DNA of 54,147 nt from a virus (Duplodnaviria; Caudoviricetes). The translations under genes were made by a program, and so were the position numbers. The stretch is taken from the IMG/VR virus record IMGVR_UViG_3300018080_000221, positions 1-54,147 of that record; one strand, 5' to 3'. The stretch's first letter is position 1, and each line of letters begins with the position of its first letter. Shown here piece by piece: positions 9,615 to 20,207 of the stretch. The notes under the pieces are model-generated. The model did no database searches. It was given only the letters and a program-made list of their open reading frames with translations, and had not been told where the DNA came from.

Positions 9615-10793
9615 ATGGCTATAGCAAGTACGCCTACAATATTAAGCCTAGACAGGTATGCCGAGATTATGGCTATCCCTGGCTGGATGCTGGCTCAGGG
9701 AATCCACCCAGACCGACCTATGGGGGGAGACTGCCCTAACGTTTGGTACCAGTCTGGGTATGCTAGTACCCCCAACCGGATAGTCCAGAGGGAGGAGCTT
9801 GCCAAGGCTATCGAGACTGCCGAGGTAGCCATAGCTGAGTACCTGGGCTTTTGGCCTAGACCTGTATGGATAGCCGCCGAGGAGAAGGAGTGGCCTGGAA
9901 ACTCCAAGAGGCATAAGATCAGTAACCCTACCTTCTTTACTGAGTGGGGGCAGCTGATCGAGTTTGGGGTCGAGACCTGGGAGCTTCAGGAGTCTTTGTA
10001 TCCGGTAAACGTGGTCTATAGCGATAAGGATAGTGATGGTTATAACGAGTGGGCTACCATCACGTTTGCCACTACGCTGACCGACCCATGCGAGATTGAG
10101 GTAGTACCGTATGGTAAAGACCCCACAGATAGGGAGTGGCGCATCCGGCCCCTAGACATAGAGATCAGTGGCGGCACTTGCACTATCCAAGGATGGTCCT
10201 GGCTCTTTTTCAATCCGGATAGGTGGCTCACTCTGGATGAACTAGCAGTTGGTAACGCCAGCGACCTCCTATCGGTAGTAGACATCTACAGGCACTACAA
10301 CGACCCATCGACTCAAGGGCAGCTAGTCTGGAAGTCCGACCTGGAGGAATGTACTGGTACCACGGCTATCTGTACTGAGACTTGCCAGTCGGCCTGTGGA
10401 GTGGTGGACTCGGTCAGGGTAGGTAAGTTCCATCTAAGGGCAGCTAGCTACAGTGGTGGGACTTGGACCGGAACTGACCTCAGCTACGGGGACTACCCAG
10501 ATGCTGCCAGGGTATGGTATAGAGCGGGCTACAGGAGTCACCGAGGTTATAACTGCCATAGATGGCCTCCACGACTAGACGTAGCCATAGCAAGACTGGC
10601 CAACGTATATCTTCCAGAAGCTCCTTGCGGGTGCGGGTATACCAGGGAGCGGTGGGAGGAGGACAGGACAGAAGAGGATGTAGTTACAGCGGACATTGCA
10701 GTTGCTAAGGCAGTATTTGGTACTACTGCCAAGGGAGCTGTCTTTGCCCGTTCGGTGGCGGCTAGTTTGTCGCCTATAGGACAGGGGGGATAG
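9615..10793 (+). CDS. Head-tail connector/adaptor protein
   Basis: AIETAEVAIAEYLGF..P and WYRAGY...AIARLA adaptor-like motifs; position before tail tube. Confidence 0.6.
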   Translation: MAIASTPTILSLDRYAEIMAIPGWMLAQGIHPDRPMGGDCPNVWYQSGYASTPNRIVQREELAKAIETAEVAIAEYLGFWPRPVWIAAEEKEWPGNSKRHKISNPTFFTEWGQLIEFGVETWELQESLYPVNVVYSDKDSDGYNEWATITFATTLTDPCEIEVVPYGKDPTDREWRIRPLDIEISGGTCTIQGWSWLFFNPDRWLTLDELAVGNASDLLSVVDIYRHYNDPSTQGQLVWKSDLEECTGTTAICTETCQSACGVVDSVRVGKFHLRAASYSGGTWTGTDLSYGDYPDAARVWYRAGYRSHRGYNCHRWPPRLDVAIARLANVYLPEAPCGCGYTRERWEEDRTEEDVVTADIAVAKAVFGTTAKGAVFARSVAASLSPIGQGG

Positions 10794-10801
10794 GAGAAAC
10801 C

Positions 10802-12268
10802 ATGTCTTTCATTACTAATGCTGAAGGCAATGCCTTCTACCAGACCGAGAGACGAAACTCCTTCAAGTGGCTGACCTGCACAGGTATTGGCGACATCAAT
10901 AAGCCAGAAGGAGATTCGACTCCTCAGTACTGCCCCGACCCCATGAACAGTGGTAAGTTCAAGATCGACGGCTCCATCAAGGGTGAGCCTGGGTTCGGCA
11001 CGTACACCATCACTAAGCCTCTGGCAACAGTGGCTAACTTTATCTTGGACCTGAATTGCGACTTCGTACTCAGAATCAACTGGGTATGTCGGGGCAATCG
11101 TCAGGATCCAGACAATTTCGAGATTGCTACCTTGCTACTGGATAGCGAGGCCAATGCCAAGGGTATCGGCAATCCGGTCAGAGGGCCAGAGGATACAGAG
11201 GCCAGGGTAAACACGACTATGAACGTCAACTTTACCGACTGGATTACTTTGTACCACTTGACGGTAGAGGCGCAGACCTTGACCAATACCGCCAATGGCA
11301 ATGCAGTCTGGTTCTTCCCGCAGCGGTGCGAGGATAGGTGCGGGGATGCTCGTGGCCTATGCGAGCATGGCATCATGGGCCTCGACAACTCTGCAGGCTA
11401 CCTGTACGACTCTGAGGTCAAAAAGACTACAGATGGCGATAACTGGGCAGCTACAGCAGCCGACCCCTTTACCTTTGGCGGTAATATCCAAGCCATCACT
11501 GGACTGGAGACCGTCAGTGGCGAACGTTACCTGACCTTTAGAGGGGAGTCCGTACCGGCAGCTCCAGCAGAGGCCTCCTACAGTGATGATCACGGGGTTA
11601 GCTGGACCAATACCTTCATCGGCGCGGTCAATGGCCAGACGGTCAACGCAGTTACCATCACTGGCGCCAAGATCATGGTGGCTTGTAGTGGTGGCTATAT
11701 CTACAAGTCCGAGAACTCTGGAGAGAGTTGGACAGCTGTAGAGTCTGCAGTCGAGACCACGCAAGACTTGACCGACATCGTCTTTTACGACGACAAGAAT
11801 GGTTACTGTGTGGGTAATGCCAATGTCTTCCTCTTCACGCAGGATGGTGGCGAGACTTGGTCATCTGGTACTGGCCCTGCTGCAGGTAAGAACCTCTTGT
11901 CGGTAGCAGTCAACGACAAGGACCACGTGTTCGTTGGCACCAATGATGCCAGGCTCTTCAGGACAGAGGATGGTACTGCCACAGTCCCGACCTGGGAGGA
12001 ATGGCTGAACCTGAGCTCTGGCTCCGTAGACTGGATTGAGTTCGACGAGCACCAGTACGTTGGCTATATGATCTACAACACTGCAGCACCGCGTGGGTAT
12101 GTCTACCGTTCAGACGATGGCGGGGCGACCTGGAACCGCATCAGTGGGCAGCCGACTAACTCTGGCCTGAACGACGGCCACGTTTGCGACGCTAACAATG
12201 CAGTTGTAGTTGGTGAGGCCCATGGCGGCAATACGTTCGCAGCCAAGGTCCAGCCATCATCCACCTAG
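10802..12268 (+). CDS. Major tail (tube) protein with C-terminal BNR/YCF48 beta-propeller
   Basis: Precedes chaperone and tape measure; Asp-box repeats SDDHGVSW, SENSGESW, TQDGGETW, SDDGGATW. Confidence 0.7.
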   Translation: MSFITNAEGNAFYQTERRNSFKWLTCTGIGDINKPEGDSTPQYCPDPMNSGKFKIDGSIKGEPGFGTYTITKPLATVANFILDLNCDFVLRINWVCRGNRQDPDNFEIATLLLDSEANAKGIGNPVRGPEDTEARVNTTMNVNFTDWITLYHLTVEAQTLTNTANGNAVWFFPQRCEDRCGDARGLCEHGIMGLDNSAGYLYDSEVKKTTDGDNWAATAADPFTFGGNIQAITGLETVSGERYLTFRGESVPAAPAEASYSDDHGVSWTNTFIGAVNGQTVNAVTITGAKIMVACSGGYIYKSENSGESWTAVESAVETTQDLTDIVFYDDKNGYCVGNANVFLFTQDGGETWSSGTGPAAGKNLLSVAVNDKDHVFVGTNDARLFRTEDGTATVPTWEEWLNLSSGSVDWIEFDEHQYVGYMIYNTAAPRGYVYRSDDGGATWNRISGQPTNSGLNDGHVCDANNAVVVGEAHGGNTFAAKVQPSST

Positions 12269-12283
12269 TAGAAGGAGGGGGGC

Positions 12284-12853
12284 ATGACTAGCTTTGAAGA
12301 TCATTTCCTCAAAGAAGTGGTCACCGATAATGGCACGGTCGTATGGTGTAGGGGAGTTCCCCCCTACACCGTTAACGACGTGTACGCCAAGTATCCCAAG
12401 CCGAAGATACCAATGCAGGTACTGGAGTCTGAGGCTGGGGGTACTGAGCGCAAGATGTACCTGCCAGGAACTCCGGAGCATGACGCCTGGAGGGATGAAG
12501 TCGAGGAGTGGCAGAGGATTACCCACTTGGCAGTCTTGGACCATTACATAGACTATGGAGTAGTGAAGTGGGCATTCCCATGGGAGGCCGGGGAGACATG
12601 CAGTGAGCCCCCAAAGGGCTGGGAGCCTCCAGGGACGATCCTCAGGAATGGCCCCAACCTCGACGACCCAGTTGCCAGGAGGATACTCTTCATCAAGTTA
12701 TGTATCCTGCTTTCTAGTGAAGACATAGATAGGGTAGATGCCGTTACCTATTCCGTCAAGCCAGTGGAGAAGAAGGATACAGAGGCAGCCATGGTCCCTA
12801 CGACATCCAGGTCTGGGGACGGCCCCCAGAGCCTGGAGAGCAAAGCGCAGTAA
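12284..12853 (+). CDS. Tail assembly chaperone (gpG-like)
   Basis: Position between tail tube and tape measure. Confidence 0.65.
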   Translation: MTSFEDHFLKEVVTDNGTVVWCRGVPPYTVNDVYAKYPKPKIPMQVLESEAGGTERKMYLPGTPEHDAWRDEVEEWQRITHLAVLDHYIDYGVVKWAFPWEAGETCSEPPKGWEPPGTILRNGPNLDDPVARRILFIKLCILLSSEDIDRVDAVTYSVKPVEKKDTEAAMVPTTSRSGDGPQSLESKAQ

Positions 12854-13014
12854 CCTATAGACCTCAGCTAGCAGAAGACATGGCAGCTATGGAATGGGGT
12901 ATACCGCTAGATGAGTGGTATACCCATTCCTACGAGGTCAGGTGCCAGATGATGGCTACGGTTATTGCTAAGGGCCGTGTAGAGACTCTAATGATAAGGA
13001 GTCGTAATGACTGA
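12733..13014 (+). CDS. gpT-like chaperone extension in the -1 frame (or separate 44-aa ORF from ATG 12880)
   Basis: Open -1 frame filling the gap to the tape measure gene: ...AAMEWGIPLDEWY...RCQMMA; absent from ORF track. Confidence 0.55.
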   Translation, partial: GRCRYLFRQASGEEGYRGSHGPYDIQVWGRPPEPGEQSAVTYRPQLAEDMAAMEWGIPLDEWYTHSYEVRCQMMATVIAKGRVETLMIRSRND

Positions 13015-15265
13015 GCAAACCCCCCAGCTTGGGGTTGAAGCAGTACTCCTAGATCAGCAGTTCCAGCAAAGCTATAAGAGGGTAGAGCAGTCCCTCAAGA
13101 ACATGGAGAAGCATACCAAGCAGCTTGCCGACGCTAGTGTGAAGTCTAGTGAACGGAAGGCTACTGCTGTCAAGAGTTCGTCTAACCGTCAGATTGCCTC
13201 CCTTATCCGCCTACGCCGTCAAATGATCACGGTAATGTTCTATACTCAGCTGCTGTCCCAAGCTGTCGTCGGGGCATACAACGAGATGGCAGAGGGGGCA
13301 GAGAATGCTGCAGAGAGGGCAGGCGGTCGTGCCTTGGCTAGGGAGGCAGAGGTAAACCTTGGTCCTATAGTCAGGCAGCTGGTAGACGTTAGTAATGGGG
13401 CTATCTCTGCTCAGGAAGCCTTCAAGGTAGCTAATGCTGGTATTCTGGAAGATCAGGGCAGGTTCAGCGAGCAATACTCCGAGCTGTGGGAGGCTGCCAG
13501 GGTAGCTGCAGTCACTGGGGGCGGCGATGCCATAGATATCTTTTCGTCTCTACTGCAGTCTATGCGAGAAGGGACTGGCGAGGCCGCAGACTCCACAACT
13601 AAGATATTCAACCTCAAAGCCTCGTTACAAGAGTATGCCGCTGCTATGGGTACGACTGCCGATCAGCTGACCCACGGAGAGGCTGCCCAGGCCCAGTTTG
13701 CCGCCATAGTCGAGCGTACCAACGAACTACTCGCTGCCGGAGCTGACGAGGCATTGGCTGCAGTTGAGCCCTACAAGCAGCTAGAGTCTACCTGGGAGGA
13801 CTTCAAGAACGTCTTGACCGTCACTGCCCAAGATACAGGCGTGCTTGGCTTGGTCTCTAAAGCCATACGAACGCTTACAGAAGAAGTGGTGGTATTTGGC
13901 TCAGCATTTACCACTATAGTTGGCGGGCTGGTGGAGGCGGGTAGTCCTGGCAAGGGAGTCCAGAGCCTGTTCTCTGATCTCTTGATGGGGGGCGCCCAGT
14001 TTGAGGAGAGGCTAGCAGAGAATCAAAAGAGGGCACTAGAGGCCCTGGGATATTTTGAGGATGATGTAGACCCAACTCAGAGGGAGTACAAGGAATCCTA
14101 CGAGATAGAGCCTCCCAACATCGAACCCATTACCAAGCAGCTGATCAAGCGTGAGGAGCTATTTGAGAAGCACGCTGAGAACCTGGAGAAGATACAACGC
14201 AAGTACGAGCAGAGGCTGGCCGACATCGAGCTTAACTACACCAATGAGGTAGCCCGTATCCAGCGTAGTGCCATGAGGTCGAGAGAATCTGCCCTGCGTA
14301 GTCATACCATGCGGGTAGAGGATGCCACCATTAAGCACCTCAGCAAGATAGCCGACCTGCAGGAGAAGTATGAGCTCAAGGTATTCCAGAAGACAAGGAA
14401 GTTCCAGATTGAGCAGCTCCAGAACGAGAGGATGTACCAGTATGAGCGTTCCCTGCTAGTAGCTGAGGGTGACGTCTTGGGCATCGAGGACTTGGATGCC
14501 AGGTATGCCCTGGAGAAGCAGAAGGATGAGGAGAACTTCCAGGATACTATGACGGCAGACGACGAGACTCACCAGCAAAGGATGGCTCGCGAGGAGGAGA
14601 TGTTTGGGGAGAGGATAGCCCAACTCATCAGGCACTACGAGGCCCAGCTGGAGGAGATCAGGATCAGGGAGCAGGACCAACTGGATGAGGCTGAACGTAA
14701 GCGGCAGGAGAACCGAGACAAGGCCCAGCAGGATATGGAGCAGCAGCTGGAAGATGAGCAGGCCAGGCACGAGAAGTCCCTAGAGCAATGGAACCAGTAC
14801 TGGAACCAGGTGGCCAAGCAAGCCAAGATAGGCTTCGAGCAAGTCAGCGCCATCATCGAGGAGTTCTTTGGCCCCACTGGGGAGGCTCAGGGTATCCTGG
14901 ACGACTTTATCGAGAGGTTCAACCTGAGGTCTGATATCGAAGCTAGGGTACTGCCCATCGTCGGTACTGGCTCCTCTGGATACGATACTATGCCCTGGGA
15001 GGATATACCAGTGGGCCATCAGTTCGGAGGTAGTGGTATGGTATCTTCCCCTACCCTCTTCAGGGCTGGAGAAGGAAACCTACCAGAGAGATACTCCTTT
15101 GAGCCTATGACCACCATAGGGTCCTCGATGCAGGTTAGTTGGGGTGGTGGGGCTATTCCCATAGAGGGATCAGGTAGCCTATCTGGAGCTGACCTCTCTG
15201 GAGTAGGAGATGCTATCGCTCAGGGTATCCTGATACAATTGACGGGAGCTATGCAAAGTGGCTAG
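13007..15265 (+). CDS. Tape measure protein
   Basis: 752 aa, Ala-rich helical N-half, long coiled coil, C-terminal GHQFGG...AGEG..PE motif. Confidence 0.85.
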   Translation: MTEQTPQLGVEAVLLDQQFQQSYKRVEQSLKNMEKHTKQLADASVKSSERKATAVKSSSNRQIASLIRLRRQMITVMFYTQLLSQAVVGAYNEMAEGAENAAERAGGRALAREAEVNLGPIVRQLVDVSNGAISAQEAFKVANAGILEDQGRFSEQYSELWEAARVAAVTGGGDAIDIFSSLLQSMREGTGEAADSTTKIFNLKASLQEYAAAMGTTADQLTHGEAAQAQFAAIVERTNELLAAGADEALAAVEPYKQLESTWEDFKNVLTVTAQDTGVLGLVSKAIRTLTEEVVVFGSAFTTIVGGLVEAGSPGKGVQSLFSDLLMGGAQFEERLAENQKRALEALGYFEDDVDPTQREYKESYEIEPPNIEPITKQLIKREELFEKHAENLEKIQRKYEQRLADIELNYTNEVARIQRSAMRSRESALRSHTMRVEDATIKHLSKIADLQEKYELKVFQKTRKFQIEQLQNERMYQYERSLLVAEGDVLGIEDLDARYALEKQKDEENFQDTMTADDETHQQRMAREEEMFGERIAQLIRHYEAQLEEIRIREQDQLDEAERKRQENRDKAQQDMEQQLEDEQARHEKSLEQWNQYWNQVAKQAKIGFEQVSAIIEEFFGPTGEAQGILDDFIERFNLRSDIEARVLPIVGTGSSGYDTMPWEDIPVGHQFGGSGMVSSPTLFRAGEGNLPERYSFEPMTTIGSSMQVSWGGGAIPIEGSGSLSGADLSGVGDAIAQGILIQLTGAMQSG

Positions 15266-15608
15266 ACTAGGCGTGGTGTTCGCTATCAATGGTAAAGGAG
15301 TCACCTCACCCGATGAGGAGGTCTGGGCCCATAATGTACTAGGAGAGGACTTGGATGGGCTGCAGAAGAGGAGTGCCTATGCAAAGCTCGAATGGCGTCG
15401 GGTGGTAGGTGAATCTTGCGATTTGGATTGGTTCGATTACGATAATACTACTCTGACCTCGCTGACCACTAGACTCCCTGGAGAAATAGACCAGTACGAG
15501 ATATATAACGATGCCATCTGCCAATCAGTGGTAAAGCGTAACCGGAGGGGAGTAGCCAGCGAGATAGTGGCTGTCTTCCTAGTCAACTTGGGGGATACAG
15601 GGACATGA
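15258..15608 (+). CDS. Distal tail-like protein
   Basis: Small gene directly after tape measure. Confidence 0.5.
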   Translation: MARLGVVFAINGKGVTSPDEEVWAHNVLGEDLDGLQKRSAYAKLEWRRVVGESCDLDWFDYDNTTLTSLTTRLPGEIDQYEIYNDAICQSVVKRNRRGVASEIVAVFLVNLGDTGT

Positions 15609-17191
15609 CTTCACCTTTTCCTGCAGGGCTAGTAGCCGCATTGAAAGGCTATGCACACGCCGGTAAACTTCGGGGTGTGCAGGGGCCTGCGATTACCCCT
15701 GCCTTTTATTGCTGTATATCTGGTAATACTGTAGGGGTAGCTAAAGACCCAGTACCAGTACCCATCCTAGACGTTCAGGTAGTCTGCCCCAACGAGGCAG
15801 TTACCATGGACTACTCCAACAGCTGGTCTCCTACAGATACCATAGCTAGTTGGGAAGTTACTTGGGGTGACGGTCAGACCTCTAATGGACTTTGGCCTGG
15901 AGCAGGGTCAGTGGCCCATCCACTAGGTGGTTATGTGGCTGCAGGCAAGTACGACGTGGTTCTGACCGTCACTGATACTCTGGGAGCTGAGGGCACTGGC
16001 AGGCTTCAGGTAATAGTCCTCAGCTGCGCCGATGAAGATGCCATGGACGAAGGCGACCCTGCCGGCTACCCAGCCTACAGGTGGGCTAACTGGGAGGAGG
16101 TCAAGGGAATAGCTACTAGCCAGCAGTACGTATGGAGTAACGACGACGTACTTGGGGCTGGAAGTTGGGCCAAGGTAGAGAGTAGCCAGCTGAGCACCTC
16201 TACCCTTACGGACGCCAAGATCACCAGGGAGCCCAGTGGACTAGAGAGGCTATTCGTTTCCAGGTACGACGGTATCTATACCTATGAAGTGCCTCCAAGT
16301 GGCGGTACTTGGGTAAAGCGGCAAGACATCACCGACCTCATTACCGCTGCGGGGTATAACCCTGCTAACTATAACGACGTACAGATCGTAGACTCCCTGG
16401 CCTTTGTTGAGAATAGACCTGGCTGGGGGTATGCATTCTTCCATGCCTACAAGAATGGCCCACTCTTCAAAGGAGCAGACGCTATCTGGGGAGTGGCTAC
16501 TACCTTCAGTGGATGGAGGAGTATAGCCTATTCAGTAGTGATAGACGACATGGGAGTGGTAGCCAATAAGCTGCAGAGGTTTACCTCCGGCCAGTTAGCA
16601 GTGGTCCAAGAGAGCAATGGAGCTACTGTATATGCCGCGTCTGGTAGGTTAGATGAAGATGCAGGAGTAGATGAGAGTACCTTACACGTGTCTGGTAACT
16701 ATGGCGGCAGCTGGAGTAGGGCCTCGACTATGCCCAACTATGGGGCCAGCGCATTTTGCTCTGTAGGGAGGAAGTGGGCAGGGATAGTCTACTGGTCTAA
16801 CGTTAATGGTACCTATCGGTCTGGGGTCAAGATACATGCCGAGAATGGCCCTATGAGCGTGAGCCCAGAAGATGCCAGGTACATGCTATTGATGACTGGC
16901 CAGAAGGTAATCGAGTTCACGCCCTCCACCATCCGGCAGTTTGGAGGGGCTGGAGCCGACTGGCCCCATTGGCCTGGTAATGATGGCGAGCATTTTATAG
17001 TTACTCATAGGAACGACGACCATACTGCATATAGGATACTTTGGGTGGGAGATGACGGGGTGAACGGGCAAATCTATGCATTGAAAGAGGATGGTACTAT
17101 GACCGATGTAGGAGGAGGGTATACTCCTACCACCTTAGGCGACGCCTTCATGGCTAGGCCAGAGACGGAGGAGTACCTTGCCTACCCTTAA
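15605..17191 (+). CDS. Tail protein with PKD domain and probable beta-propeller
   Basis: WGDG...H..Y...GKYDVVLTVTD PKD motif; SGNYGGSW Asp-box-like. Confidence 0.7.
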   Translation: MTSPFPAGLVAALKGYAHAGKLRGVQGPAITPAFYCCISGNTVGVAKDPVPVPILDVQVVCPNEAVTMDYSNSWSPTDTIASWEVTWGDGQTSNGLWPGAGSVAHPLGGYVAAGKYDVVLTVTDTLGAEGTGRLQVIVLSCADEDAMDEGDPAGYPAYRWANWEEVKGIATSQQYVWSNDDVLGAGSWAKVESSQLSTSTLTDAKITREPSGLERLFVSRYDGIYTYEVPPSGGTWVKRQDITDLITAAGYNPANYNDVQIVDSLAFVENRPGWGYAFFHAYKNGPLFKGADAIWGVATTFSGWRSIAYSVVIDDMGVVANKLQRFTSGQLAVVQESNGATVYAASGRLDEDAGVDESTLHVSGNYGGSWSRASTMPNYGASAFCSVGRKWAGIVYWSNVNGTYRSGVKIHAENGPMSVSPEDARYMLLMTGQKVIEFTPSTIRQFGGAGADWPHWPGNDGEHFIVTHRNDDHTAYRILWVGDDGVNGQIYALKEDGTMTDVGGGYTPTTLGDAFMARPETEEYLAYP

Positions 17192-18356
17192 TGTCTCCGA
17201 TAGCCTGGCTATATCCTCAATAAGCGGCAGTGCTAACCGTGGAGGATGGGAGGTCAGGTTCAATGTAATGGCAGATACCGACCTCCTGGACCTCTACCAG
17301 GAGCTACTACTCACCTGGGACCCATTGATTGGGGACTATGGGATGCCTACTCAGGAAGCCTTTCACGGCCACGTAGTCCCTGCCCAGTTCGTCTTTGACG
17401 TGAAGGGTAGCTCTACGCAATGCGTGGCCAGGACTAGCGACTCCATCTTAGAGAGAGGCTGGCTGCAGGGAGTACACTTTGTCGATGTGGATGCCGATGG
17501 CCGTGCTAACTACCACCAGTTCGACTCGGTGACTGGAGTAAGCCCAGAGAGGCTGACCCTGGGTAGGCTGGTCAGGCATATCTTGGGCTACTATGATGCC
17601 CTGGGCAATCCTCCAGCCACTAACCCAGATTGGGTAGCCCATACCAATATGGTATATCATGCTACCCTGAACCCGCATGGATGGATAGACCTGAGTGGGG
17701 TAGAGACTACTCCATTTGCCGACCCTGGCAACCTGGACGGCACTGCTAGGGCCGAGAGGTACATGATCAGGGAATCCAATAACATGTGGGGCGTCATCAG
17801 GAACATAGCCAAGAACGACCACTTTGTGGCCTACTTTGATAAGGGTAACGGGTTTCACTATGAACGTAACCCAATGTTCCAGGCTGCCCTGCCGTCTTCA
17901 GTGATGACCTTCACTAAGGAGTTCTGCGCTGGCAGGCCGCAGGTAGTCTTTAGGGATGCCCAGCAGATCAGGCAAGTCAGGTATCATGCAGTTACAGACG
18001 ACGCCGATACCTTGCATGCCGAGTATCCTATATCGTCTACCCATGTCTACGGTAATGTCGTCAACCAGAGCAGACTACGATGCAGCGACCAGGACGCACT
18101 CGACTACTGGGCCAAAGTGAGGTACTTCTGGGAGAACCGTCCCTATACTGTCAAGTGGCCTGCCCCTGGGCTATCTGGATTGCTGTTCGAGCTTTATGAC
18201 CGGGTAGCTATTACCTATGCAGGGACCACGGCCAACGGAGTGCATATCGACTGGACTAGCGAATACTTTTATATTACCGATATATCCGTAAGTCCTAACG
18301 GGTTCAGGAGTGGTACTACCATGCTTACCCTAGAAGCGGAGAACCAGATACCATGA
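17178..18356 (+). CDS. Tail hub/baseplate protein
   Basis: Position; FELYDRVAITY...YITDISV hub-like C-terminus. Confidence 0.6.
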   Translation: MPTLNVSDSLAISSISGSANRGGWEVRFNVMADTDLLDLYQELLLTWDPLIGDYGMPTQEAFHGHVVPAQFVFDVKGSSTQCVARTSDSILERGWLQGVHFVDVDADGRANYHQFDSVTGVSPERLTLGRLVRHILGYYDALGNPPATNPDWVAHTNMVYHATLNPHGWIDLSGVETTPFADPGNLDGTARAERYMIRESNNMWGVIRNIAKNDHFVAYFDKGNGFHYERNPMFQAALPSSVMTFTKEFCAGRPQVVFRDAQQIRQVRYHAVTDDADTLHAEYPISSTHVYGNVVNQSRLRCSDQDALDYWAKVRYFWENRPYTVKWPAPGLSGLLFELYDRVAITYAGTTANGVHIDWTSEYFYITDISVSPNGFRSGTTMLTLEAENQIP

Positions 18357-19660
18357 GCTGGGAACCAAATGAGGATACCCTGATCCTAATCCATAGGTAC
18401 ATGGAGGTAATGAAGGAGAGACTTCCATGGTTGTTAGATGTTGCCGAGTTCATCCAGGGCTGTACCGTGGAGGACTTGGACCCATACTCGGCTGGCCTTA
18501 CCACCTGGCCCAGACTTATCCAAGTGAAGCTACGTGGTGAGTATAATACCGACGTATGGTACAGGCAAAGCATGGGCCTGGCAGTAACTGACGAGGTTAC
18601 TGTAGTCAGGATCAGGGATGGGGATCAGTACGAGATATTCTCTGCAGGGGGCTCTTCTGGAGCAGGGCTGCCTGGGGTGTCCTTTGCTAATCCCACTGCC
18701 CAGGTTGGTACCTCTGCAGTCAATGGTACTGCTACTACGGCTATGCGGTCTGACGCTGCTCCTCCTATAAATCAGGGCATCACTCCTACCTGGACCAATA
18801 AGCATACCTTTGATGGCGACCTAGATATGAACGGCAATGACCACATCTGGGATGCCGATGCCGATACTAAGGAGTACGCGGCAGTAGACGACGAGATCGC
18901 CTGGGACATAGGAGGAGTGGTCTCAGGACGCAGGTACTCCGATGGTATCCAGGTGATTGCCGACCAGGACTTCTTCCCCAACATGGATGGCAGGGGGCTG
19001 GCTAGTAGGTTTATCAACTCTCCAGGACTTACGCTCTGGGATGCCCACTTCAGGCCAAGCGAGACTACTGGCCCAGGCAATGGTACCCTAACTGGTTATG
19101 CCTGGGCAGGCGCGCCATTGGGAGGCACTCCTGCTGCCGTATACTACAGCTACAATGATGACTACCTGTACATGGCCGACGCTGCCAAGTGCTTCCTGTA
19201 TACAAATATCGCCAATGCAGCGGCTAGTTGGCAAGGTAAGTACATAGAGGCAAGGGTATCTGGAGGGATAACCGTGGAGTGTGGAGTCCGCATAGACGAC
19301 GGTACTGATAACAACTGGGTGGAGATGTTCTTAGATGGCTCCTTGGTTGTGGGAGAATCTACTCTGAGGTACAGGTACAGAGATAATGCTGGAGCCATAA
19401 CCACCGTATCGGCAGCTACTACAGTGCCATTTGGAACCTTCCTGACCTTCCAGTTGCTATGCTACTACTCGGCCCCCAACTATTTTGCCTATGGCTACCT
19501 GAAGGGCGAGCATGGAGGAAGATGTAACCTTGTCTCCTTCTCCCACCAGCTGAATGGCAACTGGACGGCAGGGCCGCCTGCAGCAGGACGCGTGGGCGTA
19601 TTCGTAGACAACGCAGGCAACTCAGCCAATTGCGACTGGTTCTATAAAACCTTTACCTAG
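18353..19660 (+). CDS. Tail fibre / receptor-binding protein
   Basis: ANPTAQVG..AVNGTATTAMRSDAAP fibre motif; beta-rich lectin-like C-terminus. Confidence 0.65.
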   Translation: MSWEPNEDTLILIHRYMEVMKERLPWLLDVAEFIQGCTVEDLDPYSAGLTTWPRLIQVKLRGEYNTDVWYRQSMGLAVTDEVTVVRIRDGDQYEIFSAGGSSGAGLPGVSFANPTAQVGTSAVNGTATTAMRSDAAPPINQGITPTWTNKHTFDGDLDMNGNDHIWDADADTKEYAAVDDEIAWDIGGVVSGRRYSDGIQVIADQDFFPNMDGRGLASRFINSPGLTLWDAHFRPSETTGPGNGTLTGYAWAGAPLGGTPAAVYYSYNDDYLYMADAAKCFLYTNIANAAASWQGKYIEARVSGGITVECGVRIDDGTDNNWVEMFLDGSLVVGESTLRYRYRDNAGAITTVSAATTVPFGTFLTFQLLCYYSAPNYFAYGYLKGEHGGRCNLVSFSHQLNGNWTAGPPAAGRVGVFVDNAGNSANCDWFYKTFT

Positions 19661-19669
19661 GAGGCACAC

Positions 19670-20182
19670 TTGTTCTCAACAGTCAATATACTCATACTGG
19701 GGCAGCGAGACCTGGAGCTTAGAAGGGTAGAAGAACTGGCCCAAGGACTGAACTTCTCGGTTAGGATCACCGATGGAGTCCACGACGCATTGGAGCAGAC
19801 GGAGGCTACAGACGTACTGATAGCAGTGGAAAGCGTACCTACTGGACCTACTACTCCGGTCATCAGAAGATTCCTGGTAGAGAGTAACGGCCCTCTGTGC
19901 GTCATTATAGATGCCTTTGCCGACGATAAGAAGGCATACGACTGGATGGCTGCAGGAGCCTGGCATGTCTGGAGGAGGCCGATAGACCCGCAGGCAGTGC
20001 AAGCCACATTGATCAAGTACGGTAGGATGGTACTGGACGACAGGGAAAGAATAGCACTAAAGGCTGAGGTAGCTAAGCTCAAGAGGTGGGTGGCTGGCCT
20101 GGTAATAGCCGTAGCAGGGCTGAATGTCCTGGAACCTATATTTGGAGATCAGTTAGTAGCATGGCTGATGTCGTTATTGTAA
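19670..20182 (+). CDS. Degenerate receiver (CheY-like) domain + coiled coil + C-terminal TM helix
   Basis: ILILG / DVLIAV / PLCVII / AGA..VWRRPID secondary-structure pattern; GGAGG RBS before TTG. Confidence 0.55.
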   Translation: MFSTVNILILGQRDLELRRVEELAQGLNFSVRITDGVHDALEQTEATDVLIAVESVPTGPTTPVIRRFLVESNGPLCVIIDAFADDKKAYDWMAAGAWHVWRRPIDPQAVQATLIKYGRMVLDDRERIALKAEVAKLKRWVAGLVIAVAGLNVLEPIFGDQLVAWLMSLL

Positions 20183-20207
20183 GGCTAGAAATAGAGAGGA
20201 TGCAGAT

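Noticed and set aside
18353-19660. Diversity-generating retroelement target
   Set aside because: No reverse transcriptase or template repeat seen
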